Source: Callorhinchus milii
Lineage: Eukaryota
Assembly (NCBI RefSeq): GCF_018977255.1
Contig: NW_024704751.1
Location: 12,772,001 to 12,836,000 of the forward strand
Direction of reading: 5' to 3'
DNA: 64,000 nt
Below, piece by piece: positions 49,401 through 62,900 of the stretch. The notes beneath the pieces were generated by a model. It saw only the letters and a list, made by a program, of their open reading frames with translations. It was not told where the DNA came from and made no database searches. How positions within the stretch are numbered: the first letter of the stretch is position 1; the number at the start of each line of letters is the position of its first letter. A program made the translations under genes and the position numbers.

Positions 49401-51659
49401 TGTATCCTTTCTGCAGTTTCTCATCTTTGGATAGGACATCACACACCAACTTTACTTGGTCATTCACGTTCATGAAGAAACTGTTCTTCATATCCTGAAA
49501 AACAGTGTTTGTCTTGAGGAAGGGCATTTTGTCAATTCCCTAAATTGGTTACAAATTGCCCTTGATCAAATGCATTATAAACATAAACTGTTTATTTTTT
49601 AGCTGAATTAGCCAGAAAAAAATACGCTATTTATTGCGAGAACTGAATCGTGCCACAAACTCCTTATTATCTGAAAGTGAATAATTTAGTCAATGATCTA
49701 CAAGAATTGTTTTGTCCTTATAAAGAAACAAATGAACTTTGCATCAACAAAAAATATTTGTTTTGAACAATTTATGAGATTGTTGTTTCTGTCTTGAGAG
49801 GCACAGCAACAACAACTTGCGTTTATATAGCACCCTTCGCGCAAGGTAACATGTTGGAACATCTTTTAATGTAATCAATTTTTTTAAAAGAAAAGCTAGA
49901 TCAGCATTGATCCTGGTCTGACTGTTTATTGGACTGCACTTTACCTCAGTAATACTGCTTCCAATTTCCAAGGATAAAACATAAATTCCTGGGATTTTCT
50001 GCTCCACCAGTTTCTTGATGAAGCCCATGCTCAAAGGGTTACAGCAACTGTCACCTGAAATTAAACCATGACAATTTGTTTGAAACACGTTACCTCTGTA
50101 GCTAACAGCAATAATTCCTTTTGTGGTTTTTGTGTGTAAAAGTGAAAGTCGAGCAATATTTTCATCAACTTGAAATCACGTACAAGTCATGCAATGGTGC
50201 CTTTTTGTCACGATTTGTCCTTGACTCTGGTTGAAAATGAACCCCCCAAAAATGAAAACTTAACAATCCTTGCATTTGATATAGAGCTTTATCTCGACGT
50301 TGAAACATCTCAAAGCTCTTCACAGGTTTTACTGTTAAGTGTCAATGACTGTATTTTGTAGGCGTAAAGGGGACAGCCAACTTGTGCATGACAATGTCAC
50401 AATGTCCTCACTTTAATGTAAATTGTGGAATCCTTTAAAGATCTACATCTACGCTCTATACATTTTTCATGCTGATTTAAGATGTTTTGAATGATTACTT
50501 TAAATTAGATTATAGATAATTTGCTTATTGCAGCCTCAATTTCTCCAATTACTTTCACTTAGTGGGCCATTTCTTTGCAAACTCTCACTTCCTACTTCTT
50601 AAATCTCACTAATAGGATTTGCCTGATCTCATCCCGTGACAATGTGTCGATTTCTTAGTCCTTTATTTTCAAAATATCTTTATTTGACAAAACATTAAAA
50701 AAAAACGATGTAGATCGGTCTGGTTGAGAAATGTATAAATTTAAAGCGCTTTATCTTTCTAAAAAAATATATCATTATCATTAGTCAGTGTTTAGGAAGG
50801 AACCAGTTGAGCTGCTTCCAAATTAATATGTAGTAAGTTACTGCAGCACAGAACCACAGAGAGTTACAGCACTGTCACAATGTCCCTACTTTAATGTAAA
50901 TGGTCCCTGTGCTGTTCCTTTGAAGAGTAATAATAATAATAATCCTTGCATTTGATATAGAGCTTTTCACGTCTTCTCGACGTCTCAAAGCGCTTCACAG
51001 AATAGACTGTAAAGTGAATTGACCGTATATTTGTGGGCGAAATCCTCCAGTCCCTTTAAGACCAATTCCCCCGGTTATAGAATCATAGAATTATACAGCA
51101 CAGAAAAAGGCCATTCGTCCCATCGTGTCTGTGTCGGCTCTTTGAAGAGCTATCCAAATCAATCCCACTGCCCGGCTCTCTCCCTCCCTTTAAGAGCACC
51201 GGTTCCCCCCCCCCCCCCATCCCTTTAAGAGCACCCGCCCCCCCAGTCCCTTTAAGAGCAATCCCCCCAGTCCCTTTAAAAGCAATTCCCCCCATCCCTT
51301 TAAGAGCAATCCCCCCCAGTCCCTTTAAGAGCAATCCCCCCCCAGTCCCTTTAAGAGCAATCCCCCCCCAGTCCCTTTAAGAGCAATTCCCCCCCAGTCC
51401 CTTTAAGAGCAACCCCCCCAGTCCCTTTAAGAGCAATTCCCCCCCATCCCTTTAAGAGCAATCCCCCCCATCCCTTTAAGTATTTCTGCCACCAGCGACA
51501 CCCCGCGCGGCTGCTGTTTTCCCTCTCACACTGACCCATGCCGTGCCAGATGACCAGCGGGGGCGGCGCGGTACCGTTGGCGGCCGCTCTCCATGCGGAA
51601 ACCGGGAAGCGGGAGGAGGCGACGAGCAGCGCAGCGACCAACACCAGCAGCGCCGCCAT
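46494..51659 (-). CDS. PPT1: Palmitoyl-protein thioesterase 1 (lysosomal), 9 exons, 306 aa
   Basis: Exons (minus) 51659-51536, 50054-49945, 49494-49367, 48809-48739, 48554-48452, 47847-47757, 47553-47455, 46955-46884, 46616-46494; total 921 nt. Signal peptide, [15 protein letters not shown], nucleophile motif GFSQGG, catalytic Asp in LQDSMVDP and His in GDHLQ. Confidence 0.97.
51215..51480. repeat. About 25-bp minisatellite (CCCTTTAAGAGCAATCCCCCCCAGT) in PPT1 intron 1
   Basis: About ten tandem units read directly, plus isolated copies near 51050 and 51185. Confidence 0.9.
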
Positions 51660-52030
51660 CTTGCCAGTCACATGACCCTGCCTTTCCCGCCCCCTTGCTC
51701 CTCCCGGTCACGTGAGCCAGGGCTGTCGTGTCACCATCACCATCACCCTCCCCAGTCAGCTCGACTCCTCCCCCCCACCCCCGCCTCCGGGGCTCGGGCG
51801 CTGAATCACGTGGGCCCGGGCTGTCATGTGACCCGGTCAGCCCGACTCCTCCCCCCACCCCCTCCTACTCCACCCACTCGCGGGCGCTGAATCACGTGGG
51901 CCCGGGCCTGTCATGTGACCCGGTCAGCCCGACTCCTCCTCCTCCTCCTCCTCCGCTCCCCCCCCCTCTCCAAACATGGCGTGGAGTCACGTGGGCCCGG
52001 GCTGTCACGTGACTTCCTCCTGCCAGCGCG
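51660..52030. promoter_or_regulatory. CpG-island promoter with eight CLEAR/E-box motifs between PPT1 and the SLC17 gene
   Basis: GTCACATGAC 51667, GTCACGTGAG 51707, ATCACGTGG 51805, GTCATGTGAC 51823, ATCACGTGG 51891, GTCATGTGAC 51910, GTCACGTGG 51986, GTCACGTGAC 52004. CLEAR consensus GTCACGTGAC (TFEB/TFE3/MITF) is established knowledge. Confidence 0.8.
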
Positions 52031-52310
52031 AGCTTCAGGTCGGTAGGCAGTTGAGCGGGAAGGGCGCTCGTCTCTCTCTCCCTCTCTCCCTCTCTCTCGG
52101 TGGCTGTTTCTTTTCTTTTTTTTTTTACCTCAGAACTTTTCTCTCTTTGGCCCCCGAGGTGATGTCGGATGCTCGTCTTTCACGTCCGTAACCCGGAGGC
52201 AGTGCAAGCGGCTGTCGACGGGGTGGGGTGGGTGGGGTGGCGGCGGCGGTGTGTCGGGTAAAGGCACGTCCCGGTGTGTGCAGCGTCAGTTTGATCGCTC
52301 ACCTGAGCCG

Positions 52311-52344
<34 letters not shown>

Positions 52345-53996
52345 TAATAATAATAACCCAGTCTACCCGCAGCTCGTTTACAAGCAGCGCAACTGCTTCT
52401 GTGCAACCATCGCACAGTCACCGGCTGTATCATCATCATCATCACCATCACCGCCATCATCATCATCATCCAACGCGCCTCTGTCCCGGACGTCTCCAAA
52501 GCGCTTCACCGGACAACGCTCGTAAAGCGTAGTGACTGTTGTTTTGTGGGGTGAGGTTCTGCTCGCCAAGCGGCGGCCTGGGTGGCTATGCTGGCCGCTC
52601 TCGGCCGGACGTGCGGCGAACAAAAAGCAGCGACCGCGTGGCTATAATTATTATTGTAAGGATGATAATGATAATGGTAATGGTCCTTGCATTTGATATT
52701 GGGTCTGACCGTGCCTTCCAGACGTCCCGAAGCGCTTCGCAGAATACACACTGCGGAGTGAATTGACTGGGATCGACGGTACGCGATGTGGTTTTTGGTT
52801 GGTGGTTGGACTCCCCAGCGGTTACCCCACTCCGGGCTCGACCCCCCCCACCCCCACCACCTCGCCCCCCCCCCCCCCCCCCCGCCCACGCCTACACCCC
52901 AAGCCTCGGGGCTTGCCAATCCGAGCCTAATACTTTCCGGAATTAGGTAAGCAGGACGCGCCCCTCCAAGGAGAGAGAGAGAGAGCGCTCGCGCCGGTTT
53001 CATTCCAGCAATCCAATCTCCGGGATTATCATGAGTAGATGGGATGTATGGAAGTCTCAATTTGGTTTCGATACTCTGAAGCACATTTGTGTCAGACACC
53101 CGACTGTCCTCTCCGCCCCCCCCCCCCACCCACCAAAAAACTAAATGTAAGATGTTACTCCAGACTGTGACTCCAGGCAAATCGTGGATAATAATTCTTG
53201 CATTTAGTATAGGTGTTTAGCCCATATTCAAAGAGGAAAGGGTTCGGAGAGCAGGCGTGAGTGAGGTGTGATGGACAAAAAGCAGTGCGGGTCATGGCCT
53301 CGATGAATGAGCATATGAATGATTCCAGCGTCAATCACTGCTGAACACAGGCTTTGGTCAGACTGTGGGAGCACAGAATCAAGTAAGTACAGCGTTAAAA
53401 TATTTGTGAACAAACTTATTGTTTCGCTGGTTAGAATGATCATCAAAAACGACAAAATTAAATTTGTTGAGGACGTCTGTGAGGACGGTCTTAAGACCCT
53501 TGGAGGATGTCCCAAGGCGCCGGACAGACAGAGTTAGAGACCTGAGCTGGGGGTCGGGGAGGGTGGAGGGCGGGGGGAAAGCAGGGCGATCGAAAGCACG
53601 ATCGAAGAGTAGGGTCTTGAGTTGAGTCTTGAAGGTGGCAAGGAAGGGGGCAAGGCGGAGGTACTGAGTTATCAAATTTTTGGGGGGAATGGAAGGATTA
53701 TTAACCCCGGAAAACGATCTGCCAATTGATTGACAGCCGGTTTCCGACTTACTGCTGGGTACCAGTCCTCTTGCTTGCGAGGCGAGTGCTCTCACCAGTA
53801 CGCTACAGGATTCCAGATGGATAAATGGGCCAAAGTTGAAATGTTAAAAACTGGTATTTTTAATGTTTGCAAATTTCTTGGCAGGTAATACATTGATCAG
53901 AAATCCACTCTTTGTGAATTGTTTGAATATCTTATTTCCCCAGGAGTCGTCAGTAAGTGATTCCAGCCACGCCTCTTTCCAAAGCAAATCCCAACC

Positions 53997-56900
53997 ATGA
54001 CTGACCATCCCGGGTCACCTGTGAAATCAGAAGGCGCCGAATGTCCGAACAGCGGTGTGGAGGAATATCAGTACCGCGGGGCTGTAGAGGAGCACATCGC
54101 AATCCTCAATGAAAATAAATACAAAAATGGTAAGTGACCCCCCCCCCGCTCCCCTATCCAGTTCACCTTTCGCTATACTGGCAGTAGCTTGACATTTCGT
54201 ATCCCAAACTATATACTGTATCCCCAAATATTATTTTCTAACACAAGTCTACCTTCCCAACTCCTCCCTCCACAGGCTGCAGATAATCCAGAACTCTGCA
54301 GCCCGTGTCCTCTCCCGCACCAAACTCTGTGACCCCATCTCCCCCACTCTCGCCTGACTCCAATGGCTCCCTATCCTTCAGAGGATCCAGTTCAAGATCC
54401 TGGTCCTCACGTACAAAGCCCTCCATGGCCTCGTTCCACCCTACCTCTGCGACCTCCTAACCCCCTTCCAACCCACCCGTTCCCTCCGTTCAGCCGGCTC
54501 TGGCTGCTCCACGTCCCCCGACCCATCCGCCCCACCATTGGCGGGAGAGCCTTCAGCCACTCTGCCCCCAACCTCTGAAATTCCATCACCCAGTCTCTCC
54601 GCTTTTCCCCCTCCTTAGCTTCCTTCAAGTCCCGCCTCAAGACCCTCCTCTTCGACCATGCCATCGGCCACCCCCTTTCCCCTCCCTTTGTTCTTGAAAC
54701 AAACAACACTTTCTGCTTCCACTGTCTCCCCAATATTACATTGGTAGTATTATATAATACTGTGATGTATTCATCATCAGGTGGCGGTGAGAAAGAATGT
54801 TGGTTAGAGAAAACACAGGGTTATCTCACTATCACAAAGGCTATGGTGAGGAACATGGGATAGAGGAGGGGGTGAGGGCTAAGAGAGGAAGAAATGAGAT
54901 ATCAATTAGTTTCTTTCACTTTTTTTGGCTAATTGAAAGGACTGCCGATCTTCTTGATCAGTTAATAGTTCAGTTCTGTCTTTCCTCCCCCACCCACCCA
55001 CAAACACACACACAAACACAGGGTCGTGCATTTACTCCAGTCAGAGACACTGCTGTACACAATTGGCTGCCGTGTTTCTCCCACAAAATACCAAGTCAAT
55101 CCATTATACAATGCATTTTGTGAAGCACTCTTAAGGCATTTCAGCAACATGATGAGGTGCTATATCAGATGCAACGATTATTGTTGTTGTTATTGATGCC
55201 TTGGCCCCAGCTTTTGCTCTCAGTAACAAGCTGCTGGGAAGTGGGAGGGTGGGTGGGAGTAATATTTTCCCACACAAAACACCTAGCGTGTGGGCAGCAC
55301 CACCCCCTTGTAGTGGCGCAACTGAGTTTGGTAACATTCACTGTGCAAGGATTTGTGGCAGAGAACCTACATTCCACCCAACCAATGCATAGTGCACTTC
55401 TGTTGCAGAGTTGCACAACAACAATATTTTAACTGGAGAAGGGAGGGAAAGGAGAGGAGGATGATATCAGCCCCTGTTTTCTGTGGTATTAGCCTGCATA
55501 AATATTTAGCAATTCATTAATCTTGAATTATAATTTTTTCATGAGAGGTGGGAAATATTTGTCACCGTTTTATAGCTTATATTCCTCTTCCCGTTTAGAT
55601 TTTGCCTGGTCTGTAGCTTTTCAAAGCCAAAGTTCAAAATCTTGTCATTCCACTCGGCAGTGTGAGTGATAGGCTGCTGCTCTGTGCTTTTGCTTGATGA
55701 GGCAAAACCGAGTGCTGTGGTTCCAGCTTTGTCCCATGACCGTGTTAATGTAGTTCTTTATTTGCAAAATTAAAAACCCGAGTGCTTTTTTGGGGGGGGA
55801 GGGGAAAGGTTTTTTTTAAAAAAAGGTGAATTGGGAGGAGAGGGGATTTTCAACAAAATAAGATTCCCTGATATTCTGTATTTAGTTTGGAATCTCGCAC
55901 GCGGAAACTTGCCTGACTGCATTGCTGATCCCACAACTATGCTCAAACAACAGTTCCATTTGGAAACGAGTTTTGAACCTGTTCAAAGGACTATATTCAA
56001 CGCCTGCTCTTTCGAACACCACCCCAGAGTCTCTGACTCCCTCCCTCCCCTCGTTCAAAATATGTCTCAATATGGAGCTCTTTGAACAATCTTTCCCCCT
56101 CCGCCCCCCTCTTGGTTCACATTCGCAGCTCGGGTGCCCTTCCTTCATTAAGCACTTTGAGATGTCCTCCCGACATGAAAGGCGCTATATCTATGTGTGT
56201 AAATTTGATTTTATAAGAGCACCGTTGCAATGATTCACAATTCCGGCTCTTCTCACAGAATCATACTCTGCAAATAAAATCAGTGAATTCAGATTTAAAA
56301 AGTTAAATTCAGGTTAATTTTTTTTAAAAAAGTTTTAAAAAGGTATTTATCAGATAAAAATGACTTTCGTGCAAAAGTGCCATGTATCCAGCAGGAATTA
56401 TATTGATTTGAATGAAAACGTATCAAATAATAAGATTTTTCAGGAAAAAATGACGCTGTTCAGCTCTTCATACCTGTGCTAGGTCTCACTAAGCACATCT
56501 CGGCCACAAAATACACAGTCGCTGCTTTAATTTGCATTAGATTCTGTGAAGCGCGTTAAGACGTTTCAACGACGTAGTGAGGCATTATATCAAATGCAAG
56601 GATTATTATTATCTGGTTAGCTCCAGTCCCCGGTTTTGCTCATGTATCCTTTCTTTTTTTTCTTTTTGAACTGTTTTGTGGGACATTTTCTGCTGGCATG
56701 GTGTTAGCTCATTTAATGCCACAGTGTGTGTAAATGCTGGGAATTAACTGATCAACAACAACAAAATTACATTTATAGAGCGCCTTTCACGTCGGGAGGA
56801 CGTCCCAAAGTGCTAAACAGTCAGATGTCAGGTCCTGAGCATGGGGGAGGGGTGGTGTAGGGGTGAGGGAAGGCAGAAAAGTGGGAGGGAGACCAAACGC

Positions 56901-59900
56901 ACGGTCGAAGAGAAGGGTCTTGAGACCGGCCTTGAAGAATGCAAGGGAGGAAGCGAGGCGAAGGGACCGTGGAGTTCCAGAGTGTGGGGGCAGAGAGGCT
57001 GAAAGCCCGGCCACCGATGGTGGGTCGGACGGGAGACAAGGAGCAGCCCGGAGCCTGATGAGTGGAGGGAGCGGGTAGCTTGGTAGCGAGTCAGCAGGTC
57101 AGAGAGGTAGGAGGAGGCAAGGCCATGGATGGCTTAAAGGTGAACAGGATTAGTTTACAGAAGTAATTAATCATTTTAATTACAAAACCTGTAATTACCC
57201 CTGTCCACATGGTTTACAGGTTGCGAATTAGACCTGATTTGTTTAGCAGTGGGTGGTATTCACTTTTAACTGTACCATTTGAGGTTGAATGTCAATGATA
57301 AGTTACTTATTTTCAAAATAGATAATTAATGATTGGCTCCTATTACGGTATCGGAGCGAATAGATGCCCAGCTAATATTTCACTTGGTAATGTTGTGACG
57401 CTAATTAGCAACAGTCAGAATTCAACATACTGGTTCAAGTTATCATTTCTGTCTCTCTCCGAAGCACCGATTACACTGTCTTGACTCGGATGCTATGTGG
57501 AAGCATCCGTAGAACCACAAATCCAAGGTGTGGTCAATTAGGAAAAATAAGATGTTCAGTATTTTTCCTGACTTGAGTTCCTGTTTCTTTACAAGGCTCT
57601 ATCTTTCCCTACCTCCTTCCCATTCCTGTCAAACCAAGGTGAAGATAAGTTCTCAACAATTTTGCTATAACGTAATCTAATGGGGCCCTCCAAACTGAGG
57701 ATTTTTCATGGTCATCTTAGGGTCACTAATTTGTGTCCAATGTGCCTGTAGATGACTGTACAACTTCTCTTTCCATCCCCAGTTCCTGTCTGCTGTTCTG
57801 CCCGTTACAACCTTGCCATTATGATGTTCATTGGCTTTTGCATAGCTTATGCACTACGTGTCGATCTCAGCGTTGCCATGGTTGCCATGGTAAATGGCAG
57901 TGAACATCAAAATCTTCTCAACTCCTCAGAGAAAATTTGCCCTAAACATGACAACTACAATGCAACCAACAATGGTTTCCCATCAGGGGTGAGATTTTTT
58001 TCTTTGTCCACTTTCTTTGCCAAATACAGCAGAACCCTGTTATAGTGCGGTGTTGCTTATAAGGCAGATGGCCACGCCTGTTCTCTGTTTTGTGACAATG
58101 ACTGATCTCCTGGATCGCTGTCATATTCTGTAGAACTTACTTATTGCTGCTCATAACCTAAATACAGGCGCTAGTGGGTTAGGTTGTGTATTGTGAGGTT
58201 GGTGATCTTACGCAGGAAGTGATGACAACGACACGGTAATTCAGAAGCTGGCCGGCGTGCTTTGCAGTGACGTTATCAGTTATGCGGTCAGTGATGTGAT
58301 GCAGACTGTGTTAATGGAGCCCTACCTTCTCTCTCTTTCTCTCCTGAAGGTACACTTTTGTTGTACTGGGATACCAATATGTTACCAATTACTCACGTGC
58401 CCTGATGTTAATTGTCTTTTGCGTGGCTTATGCACTACGTGTCAATCTCGGTGTTCTATTGGTGGTGATGCACTTGGTTGATCCTGTCTTGCCCTCCGTA
58501 CAAACAGATCACTATAGCTAGCAGTCAGGAATGAGGACCCATACTTGTTTCTCCCCCACCTCCCTAAACCGAGCCACTGAGGCTAATTGTAACTTTCCCA
58601 TTGTGGGTCTATTGAGTCGAATTGACTGGAGAGATTTCCTGGAATCTTCCCAGTGGGTATGGCTTAGTAACTAATAAATAAACTCACTAAGCAATTGAGG
58701 GAGTTTCAGATCAAGTTATAACAAGAACCCAAATTTTTTCTCTACTGAAGGCAGTGATCCCGAGATTAGCGGCCATTATGTGCGTGCGCATGTGTGCACA
58801 GAGTGCCAGCAAGCATGATAGTGTCTTTTGTTGCGTCCATGGCTAGAAGTGCCTTGTCAGGCCTTTTGGACCTAAATAACTGGAAGGTGCCTGGTGCTAG
58901 AGCATTTGGCAGGACATGAGATTTGAGGATACCGTAATGGCTTTGGGCTACTGCAGGAGTTGAATTGGCTAACACCATGCAATTTACTGTAGGGAACACT
59001 GGCAAGTTTCCTGCTGTTTGTTCAGCTAGGATGAGCAGCAGGTCTGCTCCACCCAGTAGCACTTTGGCTTACAGCAGCTGTGGTTAACTTTTATGGTCGG
59101 CCAACAAAATAAATGTTCTTTATTGAATATTTGCTGACTTATCACGTAAATCGAGATATAGACATTCAAGGAAAGAATGGAACCTCACCATTGCTCCTGA
59201 CCAGAGCCCCATCAATGTTCTTTTACACCAGTAATTCTAATGCACTAAGTTATGCTACCGCATTACGCCACAAAATATACAGTCAATTCACTTAACAGTA
59301 TATTATGTGAAGCACTTTGAGATATCTCAAAGACATAAGGCGCTATATCAAATGAAAGGATTATTATTGTTGTGCTTTTTCCCCCTCCCCCTTTTTCTAG
59401 GTTGAGATGTACAACTGGGATTCTGAGACGCAGGGGATCATTCTCAGTGCGTTTTTCTACGGCTATCTCTTCACCCAGATCCCGGGTGGGTACTTGGCCG
59501 GGCGGTTTGGAGGGAAGGTACTGCTTGGCTACGGGATCCTCAGTGCTGGCATCTTTACCTTGTTCACTCCCATCGCAGCAAAACTAGGAGTGCCTTATCT
59601 GATCGCAGTCAGAGCCATAGAGGGGCTGGGAGAGGTAGGTCTGTCTGTCTGTCTGTCTCTGTCTGTCTGTCTGTCTGTGTGTGTATGTTTGGGAGTGTGG
59701 GGTGGTAATTGAATCTGGAAAGAATAATATTATTTGGTATATCAAAAATGAACAGATTAATCGAAAAAAGCACTATATTGGATTTATTTGAGTTGTGGGC
59801 TTCGGTGACAGCTAATTTCAATCAGGCCACCAGGGTGCACTGTAGCCAGTGCAATGCCTGAATATATCAGTCAGGGCTCATACTCCATAAAGGGGAAGAT

Positions 59901-62900
59901 GGATCCTGGCTGTGATATCTCTTGTCCGTTAGTTCCTTACAGACCAGTAGAAATAGTTTCTCTCTCTGTATAACTTACAAAAACATTTATAATGTTGGAC
60001 TCCAGCAGGTCTTCCCTTAGCAGACCATCATGGATTGAGAGACCAAATTATTATTCTTTTTGGAAGGATTATTACCCTCCAGAAAGCGATCCGTCAATCG
60101 ACCAACAACCAGGTTCCTAGTTACTGCTCGGTAAACGGAGGCATGTGGAGTAAGGAAACTTGCCAAAGATTTCGCCCCATCCAGGAATCGAACCCAGACC
60201 AGCGCTGTAACCAGGATTCTACATCAGTTAATCCACTTAAGCAAACCCTGTGAAGCTCTTTGAGACGTCTCGAATGCAATCAATATTATTATAGAAAGGA
60301 TATTAGAGCTATGGAAAGGGTGGATATGGTCACGAGGATGATGCAGGAGATGAAAAGATAGAACTAGGAGCTGAGAGATTTAACAGAAAAATTTCAAACC
60401 TTGCATCCTGAGTGTTTAATGGGTAACTCATTATTTTTATCTTTTTTAAATGTTTAGGGTGTAATGTTTCCAGCCATGTTTGCAATGATGGCACAATGGG
60501 CACCTCCACTGGAACGCACCAAACTCACAACCATTGCAAGCGCCGGTGAGTGACCTTTTGTTCCACCATTGAGCTGACACAGCAAAGCCCGCGATTAGAT
60601 ACTTGCCTGACTGAGTGTTTTTTTTAAAAAAAAGCATTGGGATTGGGAATGTTCTGTTTTGGGGAATTGCAGAGCTCAAGCTTGAGCTCCAGCACTCCAT
60701 TGAAATGCTGCCTTGGTTTCCAATCTCACAGAAATTTCCCTAAGCTTTTTTGTCGTCCTTTTTTATCTCTTAATCTTGTCATGCAACAGCAGCTCCAGTC
60801 TGTCTAGGAACATAGGGACAGAGTAGGCCATTCAGCCCCTCCAGCCTGTTCCGCCGTTGTGTTAGACTATGGCTGTTCTGTACCTCAACTCCATCCACAT
60901 TGTGAGGCGAGCGCACTAACCACTGAGCTATTGTTGTCAATAGGGCCTTCATGCGTTGTAAACAACAACAACAGGATTACATTTATATGTCCTTCCGATG
61001 TAAACCACAGATTGGGTGCGTGCATACTTCAGTGCAGTGTCTCTCTCTCGCCCGTGGAAGCACATTAGCATTTCTGACTTTTACAGGGACGCAGTTCGGA
61101 ACCTTCATTTCCCTCCCGCTCAGCGGCACGATCTGTCAGTACGTCGGCTGGCCCTGGGTCTTCTACATTTTTGGTAAGTATTTTTTCGTTTTGTTCAAGC
61201 GCTGGGCAGTTTTTGGGATGTTACAGGCCAGTATTTTGTTTTGTTCTCACACGGTGTAAAATAAGTTGCTTTTTTTTTTTTGCTTTCTTCCGTCTCTTGT
61301 TCCGTGTGCAGGTGCAGCCACCGTCGTCTGGTTTGTTTTCTGGCAGATTCTTATTTCAGACTTGCCGCGAAATCACCCGCGAATCTCCGAGCTGGAAAAA
61401 AATTACATTGTCGATAGGTTGGCAAACCAGGTGTGCAGAACGCAAGAGAAGTTGAAGCATTTTACACTATTTTTTTTCCTGTCTATCTGTCTGTCTGCTT
61501 TAGGCTAATGTTTGAGGGATGACCACTACTTTGATATTAACAGCTTGACCTTAAGCAGAAAACTGTGACTTCACATTGTGTATTGATTTACAATGAGCCA
61601 GGTATGTGCATGATTTGTAGGTTTGTTAGGCAGGGCTCACAGTGACAAGCTATGTGTGCTGGGCTGAAACCAGCTAAAATTACAAAGCTTGCCATTTGTG
61701 AGCACTGACTGACAACGCACACTCTGACTTCCCCAAACCTTGAGCTATTGCCAACATGTACCGATTACTCTTCAGAATTGTTTGCTGTTTGCAAGAGCCT
61801 GCTGTGTGGTAAATATCTTGTCACTCATCAGCAATTCCCTGAGGGAAAACCCCGTTAAGATGTTTTGACGTAAGCAGACACAATATCAAATAATAATGCT
61901 TGCATTTGCTATAACACCTATGATGTAAAATGTCTCTGAACTTGCCACAAAATTTCTGTTAAAGTGTAGTTCACGACCGTGTGTTTTGTAGGCAAATGTG
62001 ATAGCTAGTTTTGCACACAGCAATGTCCCACAAACAGCCACGACGAATCATATGAGGGATTATTGGCCAGGACACCAGAAGAAACTCCCTTCTCAAACGC
62101 AAGACCTATTTGTTGGCCACCTTTTGCCCCTCTTGCCTCCCCCCCCATCTTGGGTTCCCAGTCAGCTGCGGTGTAGCACTTTGAGAGGTCATCCTGAGAT
62201 GGAGGTACTATAGTGAATGTATATTGTCATTGTTCTCAGTATTATTCACTTGTAGGTAACTGGTTCTCATGGCTGGTCCATTCCAATGCTGTCGATGGTG
62301 AAATCTGTGCCACTGTGGGCAATCATTGTGACTCACTTCTCCGCCAACTGGTCCTTCTACACCCTGCTGACGGGTCTCCCCACATACCTGAGTGAAATCC
62401 TCAGGTTCAACATCAAAGAGGTATGAATATCTTAAGAGGTGATGCGAGTACAGCAATGCATTGTGTTTAAAATGTGACCGTTTTCTATACAAATGTCCAT
62501 TGGACTAGGAACCAACGGAACAGAAATGGAAACACTGCCCAAGTCGGTGACTTGAGATAACAAAGTTTTTCATTTATTTGTTTAAAAAGTGCTTAAAAAC
62601 GTGTCCTTGGAGTAAAATTTCCCTCACAAAAAGCGGAAGTGCAACCAAGTTGAAATTGTGATTGTTTTTGATACAGTCGTTCAAAGACTAACTGGAGGGT
62701 TCAGAGTGTTGCCCTGTACAGTACAGGGAACAATTTTATGGACTGATTGACAGGTATATTTGCTGCATCTGTCTCTTCCAAAATCTTTACTGACTCTTTG
62801 ATCTTAGTTTAGCTTCATTGTCGGTCAATGTATGTGAAATACAGTATACATTTATATAGCTCCTTCCACATCCGGACGACGTCTCGAAGCGCTTAACTCT

